NCBI RefSeq assembly: GCF_000092105.1
Contig: NC_014148.1
Location: forward strand, 420,001-452,000
DNA from: Planctopirus limnophila DSM 3776
Lineage (GTDB): Bacteria; Planctomycetota; Planctomycetia; Planctomycetales; Planctomycetaceae
Length of the DNA: 32,000 nucleotides
Direction: 5' to 3'
Part shown: positions 24,675-32,000 of the stretch, piece after piece
Numbering within the stretch: position 1 is the first letter of the stretch
Layout of the letters: each line of letters starts with the position of its first letter
Translations under genes and position numbers: made by a program
The notes under the pieces: model-generated
What the model saw: the letters and a program-made list of their open reading frames with translations, nothing else
Database searches by the model: none
Told to the model about the DNA's origin: nothing

Positions 24675-25543
24675 GTCAACACGACAGACCGACCATCAGT
24701 CCCCGGCAACATTGCCTGGATTCTTCAACTGACAACCATGTTCGATTTCGACCTGTCCAACCAGGGTAGCCTTGAATGCCAAGGCTGCCGGCTGATTCCT
24801 GCCATCTCAAAGCCATCTGACCAATTCTCGCTTCGAAACGACGAAGGCGATATTGTCTGATGTCAGGCACTGTATCCCTCTTATGCGAACTCTCGAAATC
24901 CATTGGGAACTGCTGCATTTGCAGGGCAGGCAGTATCGACACCGGTTTCGTCGAGTAAAAAACAGAAGAAGAATTTCCGAAGGGTTGCTGGTGGTGCAGG
25001 TTGTCTCGAAGCAGAACGGGCCTGTTCCTGCGATTGCAGTCAGACCGGAACGAACAGAGAGCAAACACCACCGGGCCCTGCCCGGAGGCAGTCCACAACC
25101 GAAGGGAAGTGCAATTCGAGCAAAGATTGGAAGGACAGTGCACAGAAATCAGGGCCGCTTTTGCTGGCCGACCGTATGCACTGGCGACGCCAATCCCGTG
25201 TGCAGGAAGACAACCATTCCTTAAAGAGACGTAACAGCCCGTAGGCACTTTTCTCTGCACATCGCAGAGTGCCGGGGCATCGTCATCAGCAGGAGACTGG
25301 AGAGACAGGTTGTTCACATGCGGACTAACTAGAGGAATAACCTTCTTTGGCCCGGTCGTTCGCACCAAAGCCACTAAACAAAACTCAATGATCTTTAACT
25401 GTTTTACGGACTTCGAACTCTCCCGAATGGGATCATGCAATGGCAAGGCAACTCTCGGTGCTAGTGCATCATTCCTGCATTCGGCTCTTCAGAGATCACA
25501 GACTTCCGAAAGTATGTCAGAAAATCAAAAACACAAAACCTGA

Positions 25544-27367
25544 TTACGCTGGCGATTCTGGCGACAACTTCCGGTGCTCTCCGCGAAGAAAGCTTTCCAC
25601 ATCGTTCGCTGTTTCCATTCGCAAAACGCGATTTGCCAGGTTTTCTGCTTTTGAAATTGTGAGCTTACGGATCAGCTCTTTGATTTCCGGAATCAGATGG
25701 GGTGTCACACTCAGTTGCCTGAGGCCTAACCCCACCAGAAGCGGAACAAAAAGCGGATCAGAACTCATTTGACCACATACTGATACAGGAATTCCCCGGC
25801 TTTGGCCAGCCTTGACCACAATTTGAATCAGCCGAATGATCGCCGGATCGCCGGCCCGATACAAATTGGCAATCCTCGGATCGCCGCGATCAGAGGCCAG
25901 CGTGTACTGAATCAGATCGTTGGTTCCGATGGAAAAAAAGTCGACTTCGCGGGCAAACTGCTCGGCCATAATCGCTGCTGACGGGACTTCCATCATCATG
26001 CCGACCGGGATGTCACGTCGATAGGCAATCCCTTGTTCTTCCAGATCTTCAAGGACATCTCCCAGGATCATTTTCGCTTGCCGCAGTTCCAGTAATGTGG
26101 AAATGAGCGGGAACATGATGCGGAGATCACCATGACAGGCAGCTCGTGCAATCGCACGAAGCTGAGTGCGAAAGAGATCCAGATGCTGCAGGCTGAGACG
26201 GATACTTCTCAAACTCAGTGCTGGATTCACCCCTTCCGGATATTCCATGCGGAAGCCAATCGGGAGTTTATCTGCTCCCAGATCGAGAGTGCGAATGACG
26301 ACTGGACGATCGGGAAACGCTTTCAGCACTTCGCAATACGAGCGGTAATGATCTTCTTCTGTAGGCTCGGCACTCGCATCCAGATAGAGAAACTCGGTGC
26401 GATACAGGCCAATTCCTTCGCCACCCCGCTGACGGGCCGAGGCCGCTTCGTGCGGAAATTCAATATTGCCGTAAAGTGAAATTCCGACGCCATCGAGTGT
26501 GACGCTCGGCAGAGTGCGGATCGCTTCCAGGCGATTGGAAAAGTTGCGGTGTTCCTGCTCAACCGCACGGTATCGAGCCAGAGTTTCTGCATCAGGATCA
26601 ATAATGACAGCACCGTGGCTGCCATCAATAATAACGGTGTCTGCTCCGGCAACATCCGATAGGAAATTCCCCACTCCCACCACAGCCGGGAGTTCCAGCG
26701 CGCCGGCCAGAATGGCTGTATGGCTGGTGGTACCGCCAACTTCCGTCGCAAACCCAAGAACATAGGCTTTATCGAGGCTCGCGGTCTCACTGGGAGTCAG
26801 GTTATGTGCGAGGATCAGTACTGGCGCCTGGATATTTCGCAGTTCTTCCCGCCGTTCTCCCAGCAATTGCCGGAGAACTCGCTTTTCGAGATCAAAAATA
26901 TCGGTCGCACGCTCAGCCAGATAAGGGACACCAAGATTCTGAAACTTCTTGGCGTACTGACGGAACACGCGGCTGACGGCAAATTCGGGTGAGAAGCATT
27001 TCTGCCGGACGAGCAATTCGATTTCGTCGACAATCCGATGATCCTGCACCATCATCAGATGAGCTGTGAAAATCGCTGCATACTGTTTGCCGAGACGCTC
27101 GCGGGCGACACGCTCGTTTTCTTCAATTTCTGTGCAGACGGCCTGCAGCGAGATGCGAAAGCGATTAATTTCAGCATCGACGGCTGAAACACTCACGAAG
27201 CGTTGAGGAATTCGAAAAGACTCAGCCCCGAGCACCATCGACTGACCAATGGCTACTCCTGGAGAGACGGCAATCCCGTGTTTCACCAGCATGCCGTCCA
27301 ATCCTCCATCGATCCAATTATCAGAAGAGACACTCAATTGCAGAGAATTTTCCTCCGCATGAGTCAT
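25544..27367 (-). CDS. ptsI: Phosphoenolpyruvate-protein phosphotransferase (PTS enzyme I), no GAF domain
   Basis: GGTTSHTAILAGALELPAVVG is the active-site His region. FFSIGTNDLIQYTLA and the PEP-utilising TIM barrel motifs are also present. The product is 607 aa. Confidence 0.95.
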   Translation of the reverse strand: MTHAEENSLQLSVSSDNWIDGGLDGMLVKHGIAVSPGVAIGQSMVLGAESFRIPQRFVSVSAVDAEINRFRISLQAVCTEIEENERVARERLGKQYAAIFTAHLMMVQDHRIVDEIELLVRQKCFSPEFAVSRVFRQYAKKFQNLGVPYLAERATDIFDLEKRVLRQLLGERREELRNIQAPVLILAHNLTPSETASLDKAYVLGFATEVGGTTSHTAILAGALELPAVVGVGNFLSDVAGADTVIIDGSHGAVIIDPDAETLARYRAVEQEHRNFSNRLEAIRTLPSVTLDGVGISLYGNIEFPHEAASARQRGGEGIGLYRTEFLYLDASAEPTEEDHYRSYCEVLKAFPDRPVVIRTLDLGADKLPIGFRMEYPEGVNPALSLRSIRLSLQHLDLFRTQLRAIARAACHGDLRIMFPLISTLLELRQAKMILGDVLEDLEEQGIAYRRDIPVGMMMEVPSAAIMAEQFAREVDFFSIGTNDLIQYTLASDRGDPRIANLYRAGDPAIIRLIQIVVKAGQSRGIPVSVCGQMSSDPLFVPLLVGLGLRQLSVTPHLIPEIKELIRKLTISKAENLANRVLRMETANDVESFLRGEHRKLSPESPA

Positions 27368-27381
27368 GCAGGAGGAATTTA

Positions 27382-27666
27382 TCAGGACGAGGCACTGACC
27401 AGATCATACTCGAACAGGTGTAGAATCGCTTCCACTGCCTCAGGAGCGTCATCACCAGTGACTTCCAGCGTCAGTTCGGCTCCCGGGCCGGCTGCCAGGG
27501 TCATCAGATCGAGTACGCTTTTGGCATCGGCTCGTACGGAACCTTTTGTCAGCCAGACTTGCGAACGAAACTTCAAAGCCGCCTGAGCCACACGGGAACA
27601 AGGGCTCAAATGGAGTCCATGCTCTGTTCGTACGATGACATTTCTGCGGTGAATCATCTGGCTCAT
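27382..27666 (-). CDS. ptsH: Phosphocarrier protein HPr / NPr
   Basis: VIVRTEHGLHLSPCSRV carries the active His context, and DAKSVLDLMTLAAGPGAEL carries the Ser46-like context. The ATG at 27666 was checked against the sequence. The gene ends 14 nt upstream of ptsI. Confidence 0.9.
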   Translation of the reverse strand: MSQMIHRRNVIVRTEHGLHLSPCSRVAQAALKFRSQVWLTKGSVRADAKSVLDLMTLAAGPGAELTLEVTGDDAPEAVEAILHLFEYDLVSASS

Positions 27667-27822
27667 ACCGGCTGCTCCTTTCAGCAACACGGATCAGATC
27701 AGTAACACGAATCGGATCAATGATGATCTCGCCAGGTTTTTCAGGCATCTGTCAGCAAGTACCGGTCAGGGTCTTCTCTCCAACAGATTTTGCTCCCAAG
27801 GAAATGATTCCTGGTCAAAAAA

Positions 27823-28293
27823 CTAGATTTCGTTGTTGTCTGCTTCCTTAAGCAACTCAAGAACCGCTTCGTGTGTCTTCGATTGCCTCAAAAACTTGCA
27901 GAAGTTGTCATTCCTGAGATGCCGGGAAATATTTTCCAATCCACGAAGATGATCGCCCGGACGATCAGGCGGCGAGATCAGCAAAAACATGATGTAGACC
28001 GATTCGCCATCAAGGCTTGCAAAATCTACGCCAGTGTGAGAAAGGGCCACTGTGGCAATCAGTCGATCCACCGAAGGATGCTTCGTGTGAGGCACAGCCA
28101 CACCACGGCCAATCCCGGTGGAACCAAGCTCTTCACGCTTGAGAATTGCCGATACAATCCCCTCTTCATCGCTGGCCGGTACTACTCCCGACTGACAGAG
28201 GCTGGACACCATTGCTCGAATGGCCGCCTCTTTGGTTGTTGCCTGAAGATCGGGCACAATTGCCGCAGGAACAACGAAGTCGCACAACTTCAT
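27823..28293 (-). CDS. ptsN: PTS IIA-like nitrogen-regulatory protein PtsN (EIIA-Ntr/fructose family)
   Basis: [19 protein letters not shown] carries the phosphorylatable His. The size is 156 aa, and the gene lies downstream of hpf, which is the conserved arrangement. Confidence 0.9.
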   Translation of the reverse strand: MKLCDFVVPAAIVPDLQATTKEAAIRAMVSSLCQSGVVPASDEEGIVSAILKREELGSTGIGRGVAVPHTKHPSVDRLIATVALSHTGVDFASLDGESVYIMFLLISPPDRPGDHLRGLENISRHLRNDNFCKFLRQSKTHEAVLELLKEADNNEI

Positions 28294-28588
28294 GAAACAC
28301 CTCTGCTTCGGACAACCGGACCCGTTGGACTTTGGCCCAGCCGGGAATATGACAAAAACGGAAAACGTATCAAGCGTTTTGACAAGCAGCTTTGCACTCG
28401 ACTGACGTCGTGTGATGAAACTCCAGTCCTTACCTCATTCTGGTACCGCAATTAAGTACCACTATCAACTCCTGCAACGAAACAGTGTGCCCAGATGGCG
28501 AGTGCAATTCCATCCAGAGGCCGCACTTTCTCTTTTTCTCTGATGACGATTGTTCGTTCAGGAACTGATCATCAACGAGTGATGCTGA

Positions 28589-28933
28589 TTATTTCTCACC
28601 TTCAGCAGGGAGCGTGGCCACATCGGCGGCAGTCGGCCCCCCCTTATGATCCTGCACTTTTTCCTTATATTTATGAATCTGCTGCTCCATCTTGTGCAGA
28701 GCGGCATAGAAGACGGGAATCACTTCGTCGCCTGTATCTGTGGCCACAAAGTCGTGCTTGTGCTCTGCATCCACCAGGATTTCCACAGTCGCCCTGTGAT
28801 GCTCGAAACTTACGGTGACATTGATCGAAGTCACTCGGGCGAAGTAGGTCAACAGCTTTTCGGACTTTTCGCGAATCAACTCTTGAGCTTCGGGACTGAT
28901 CGAACCATGTCGGCTCGTAATCGCTATTTGCAC
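28589..28933 (-). CDS. hpf: Ribosome hibernation promoting factor (HPF/RaiA family, short form)
   Basis: MQIAITSRHGSISPEAQELIREKSEKL...VEILVDAEH...DEVIPVFYAALHKMEQQIHKYKEK matches the sigma-54 modulation protein/S30EA family. The start is GTG, preceded by GAGGAG. Confidence 0.9.
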   Translation of the reverse strand: MQIAITSRHGSISPEAQELIREKSEKLLTYFARVTSINVTVSFEHHRATVEILVDAEHKHDFVATDTGDEVIPVFYAALHKMEQQIHKYKEKVQDHKGGPTAADVATLPAEGEK

Positions 28934-29251
28934 GGTTGAAAACTCCTCAAGAGCGACAGCGGCTCGTCACTCAAAATCCTGTAATCACTCACATCTTCCA
29001 ACGAACCTGTGTCTGGAGGCATCCAAAACAAACGGCATTGATGCAACCAAGCACAGCCATCCTGCGGGTTCGACTTTCGACTCACTGAAACAATGTTCGC
29101 CGATTGTATTGGCAGTCGAACTTGCGTCAATGCAAATCAGCGATTGCAACTCAATGCCAATTCTTCAGTTGCAACTTGCTCTCCTTGAGCAACCTGGCGT
29201 CAGCGACTGCTCGATCAACGTCCCATCACCGTTTTATGGTGCATTTCAGTC

Positions 29252-30520
29252 TCAGTGAGATCCACCTGGCTGGAAAGAATAGATCCCCTTACCACTGCCA
29301 GTGACTGTCATGAAATAGACCTCACCTTTTTCGTCTTCTCCAAAGCTCACAACAGGGAGCTGTTGACTGGGAATGAGATGATTGCCCACAACTTTCTGAG
29401 CCTTGCTGTCGTAATCCAGTGCCCACAGCTTGCCCGAAACGTAATCGGCATAGAGGTACTTCCCCTGCAATTCGGGTACTTTTTCGCCGCGATAGACAAA
29501 TCCACCGGTAATGGATTTTCCCACATCATGGTTGTATTCGAAGATCGGGTCGATCATCCCCTGGCTGCTGCGATTTCCATTTTTCCCAAATGGATGCAAA
29601 CCCTCACGGACACTCCAGCCGTAGTTGCCACCTTTCTGAATGATGTCGATCTCTTCCCACAGATTCTGACCGACATCGGCTGCCCAGAGGACTCCTGTCG
29701 CTCGATCAAATGCCATCCGCCAGACGTTTCTCAATCCCAGTGCATAAATCTCGGGACGGGCACCAGCCTTTTTGACAAATGGATTGTCAGCCGGGATCGC
29801 GTAAGCCTTCCCTGCTTCCCGCTGATTCACATCAATCCGGAGAATCTTCCCCAGCCATGTTTCCAGGTTCTGGCCGTTATTGTGAGGATCACCACCACTG
29901 CCACCATCACCTAAAGCGATATACAGGTAACCGTCGGGACCAAAGGCAATTGTTCCACCGTTGTGATTCCAGTAAGGCTGCGGAATTCGCAGGATTTCTT
30001 CTTCACTTGCCAGATCAACCGTTTGTGGCTGAGTTCCTTTGGCTTTGAACCGGGAAACCACAGAGGTGTGAGGGGCGTCTTTCGTGGTGTAATACACAAA
30101 GAGTTCCCCGTTTTCACGAAAGTTCGGGTGGAACGCCATCCCGAGAAATCCTTCTTCGTTCTCTTTGTCTTTATAGACCACTTTCGAACTAAGATCGAAG
30201 AGGATGTGCGACTTTTGCTTCGCCTGCGTATTCTCAATCACATGCACCACACCTTGCTGTGTGGGGACCACAATCCGGTTAGATCCATCGCCAAAGTTGG
30301 TCAGCAGAATCGGGCGAAATGTCTGCGAAAGACCATCTTCACTGACCGCTTCCCAACCCGACCATTCCACGTTCTCAAAAACCGGGACAACCTTGACTGG
30401 CAGTGCTTTTGTGGAAATTGCCTCTTCTGCTGCGGGACTGCTGGATATCCAGGCCTCTCCGGCACACAGGGTGGTTAACAATGCCATCACAAACAAACCG
30501 TATCGATTCTGAATCAGCAT
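29252..30520 (-). CDS. PQQ-dependent sugar (glucose/sorbosone) dehydrogenase, soluble beta-propeller type, secreted
   Basis: The product has a signal peptide. NHNGGTIAFGPDGYLYIALGDGGSGGDPHNNGQN and GLRNVWRMAFD are hallmark motifs of the YliI/sGDH family. Confidence 0.9.
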   Translation of the reverse strand: MLIQNRYGLFVMALLTTLCAGEAWISSSPAAEEAISTKALPVKVVPVFENVEWSGWEAVSEDGLSQTFRPILLTNFGDGSNRIVVPTQQGVVHVIENTQAKQKSHILFDLSSKVVYKDKENEEGFLGMAFHPNFRENGELFVYYTTKDAPHTSVVSRFKAKGTQPQTVDLASEEEILRIPQPYWNHNGGTIAFGPDGYLYIALGDGGSGGDPHNNGQNLETWLGKILRIDVNQREAGKAYAIPADNPFVKKAGARPEIYALGLRNVWRMAFDRATGVLWAADVGQNLWEEIDIIQKGGNYGWSVREGLHPFGKNGNRSSQGMIDPIFEYNHDVGKSITGGFVYRGEKVPELQGKYLYADYVSGKLWALDYDSKAQKVVGNHLIPSQQLPVVSFGEDEKGEVYFMTVTGSGKGIYSFQPGGSH

Positions 30521-30864
30521 ATCTGTTCCCTGGATAGAAGCCGTCGTTACTGATGGCGCGTCATTGAATCGCAGGCGATCAGGCCCGGGCAGTTCCTTGA
30601 ATCACTTGAAGCAGGCTTGATCTCAACAAGAAATGCAGGCTCCTGCAAGCCGGTACCGGAGATTGAGAAGCACTCTGTTGATATGGGTGGTATTGACACG
30701 ACTCGAAAATCAATGTCGCGCGTTACAAAGGCAAGTGCCTGGGTGAAAGTGATGTTCACACACAGGCACTTGAAGATGGACTCTATTCTGTTGGCTTCTG
30801 CCTTGATCTGACTGTCGAAACCAGAGTCGACCGATCAGTCACAGGGAATCGGATTGCGGCCTGC

Positions 30865-32000
30865 TTACTTCTGCACTTCAGCCACTTCCTGCTGAGAGAG
30901 TTGGTCAAGGACAGAAAGGAGATCTTCTTCGGCTCGCTCCTGACTGGCTCGAACAGCAGACTCAGCGACCAACTGGCCCATGGTTTTCTGGCCCGCAACG
31001 AGTTGAGCAAAGCTGTCGATGGTCATTTCCACCAGAGCGTCGGAATCGTCATTAAGACCAATTTCAGCTCCAACGATGTTCCCCTGGCGAATTCGTAAAT
31101 GCCATTGGCCGCCACCATTACCCAAAAGATTCAGGCTGATGCTGCGATCCTGCTCGTCATACTGAGGATCTCGTGCGGCCTGATCCAGCATCTGCTGGAA
31201 GAATGCGGCCGAATCGAATTCAGGATCGACAGGACGCTTGCTGGGAGATGGAAATCCATCGCGAATGACGATCTTCGAAAGCTCGACGAGCCGACGTCGA
31301 TTCACCGCCGGGCAGGGTAGGTGTGGAGCGGCTTTGAGAGTATTGGTTCGATCAAAGCTCGGGTCATTCTTCCAATAGGAGTTATAAACCCGGATGTGCT
31401 CGTAGAAGATACTTTCAGCTTCGCTCATCTTGTCGAGAGTCGTTCCGACTCCCACGAGATGTGTGTCATAGAAATGACAGGTCTCTTCCAGGATGTCGCG
31501 GATCATGCGGATTGTCACCGGATGCTGTGGCGTGAGATGGTATGTCTGGCCATGGTGCTCCGGGTGTGTGATCACATGGGCCATGACTGCTGAGACCCAA
31601 TCGACAGGCACCAGATGTTTGGTTTCATTGCCATTGAGTGCCAGCCGTACTTTTTGAGCCCCGACCAGGCCCGTTTCGTCAGCATTGAAAGTCTTCACAA
31701 TCGTGTTGCAAAGCTGCAGGGCGGCGTAGTAACCATGATAGGTTGTGGTGTACCCAGTGACCGAATCACCAATAATGATCCCGGGCCGGAAAACGGTCGG
31801 TGAATCCAGAAAATCAGCTTCGCGAACCATCTTTTCCGAAGCGAGCTTACTTTCTTCATAAGCGTTGGAAAGCTCCTGACCAACATCCAGTTCTGTCTCC
31901 AGAACACGCCCTTGACGCTGGCCGGCAATGTAGGCTGTCGAGACGTGGAAGAATTGTCGAATTCCCAGGCTCCGACAAAACTCGAGAACATGTCGAGTCC
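30865..32000 (-). CDS. SDR/thioester-reductase-like NAD-binding protein with a C-terminal extra domain (5' end outside window)
   Basis: The frame stays open upstream of the track's Met at 31830 out to the window edge. My translation of that part is TRHVLEFCRSLGIRQFFHVSTAYIAGQRQGRVLE, which is typical of the NAD_binding_4/epimerase fold (STAY motif). The stop is at 30865-30867. Confidence 0.75.
   Translation of the reverse strand, partial: TRHVLEFCRSLGIRQFFHVSTAYIAGQRQGRVLETELDVGQELSNAYEESKLASEKMVREADFLDSPTVFRPGIIIGDSVTGYTTTYHGYYAALQLCNTIVKTFNADETGLVGAQKVRLALNGNETKHLVPVDWVSAVMAHVITHPEHHGQTYHLTPQHPVTIRMIRDILEETCHFYDTHLVGVGTTLDKMSEAESIFYEHIRVYNSYWKNDPSFDRTNTLKAAPHLPCPAVNRRRLVELSKIVIRDGFPSPSKRPVDPEFDSAAFFQQMLDQAARDPQYDEQDRSISLNLLGNGGGQWHLRIRQGNIVGAEIGLNDDSDALVEMTIDSFAQLVAGQKTMGQLVAESAVRASQERAEEDLLSVLDQLSQQEVAEVQK

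Noticed and set aside
24676-25446. 256 aa ORF on the minus strand immediately upstream of the RNase E/G gene
   Set aside because: It is Cys/Arg/Ser-rich and carries no recognisable domain. Three long plus-strand ORFs overlap it, which suggests a chance lack of stop codons. I treat the region as non-coding leader pending a conservation test.
29143-29180. Hairpin TTGCAACT-15 nt-AGTTGCAA as a terminator of the PQQ dehydrogenase gene
   Set aside because: The stem is only 8 bp and AT-rich, the loop is large, and no U-tract follows on the minus strand. The evidence is too weak to call.

Overview
The window looks like a chromosomal segment of a Planctomycetota-type genome. That placement is an inference from gene content: a giant PVC-type heme/cupredoxin/beta-propeller protein, an arylsulfatase and a split transketolase. 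Most of it is housekeeping. It holds a split transketolase pair, csrA, tRNA-Glu(UUC), an M14/DUF2817 peptidase, pdeM, rplU, an RNase E/G gene, an hpf-ptsN-ptsH-ptsI regulatory PTS cluster, a PQQ sugar dehydrogenase and a partial SDR/thioester-reductase-like gene.

The main accessory feature lies at about 8.08-12.78 kb. Seven short, co-oriented ORFs are each followed by an 82-93 bp imperfect palindrome. Each palindrome is bounded by RYYYAAC on the left and GTTRRRY on the right, and one arm carries unpaired bulged bases. This is the architecture of an integron gene-cassette array with attC sites. No integron integrase or clear attI is visible in the window, so it resembles a CALIN (cluster of attC sites lacking an integrase).

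- **Cassette content:** a VOC/glyoxalase protein, an AlbA_2/Schlafen-like protein with a C-terminal TM helix, a secreted protein, an Imm35/YrhB-like protein fused to an L7/L12-C-like domain, and three unknowns. G+C content differs visibly between cassettes.
- **Flanking repeats:** the array plus a Spo0M-like gene is bracketed by two direct copies of an ~83 nt repeat.
- **RAYT unit:** nearby is an IS200-like REP-associated tyrosine transposase (RAYT), flanked by 29 bp inverted hairpin repeats.
- **Other features:** a second hairpin-repeat family occurs at two distant loci. About 870 nt upstream of the RNase E/G gene has no convincing coding capacity. No CRISPR array or rRNA gene was seen.
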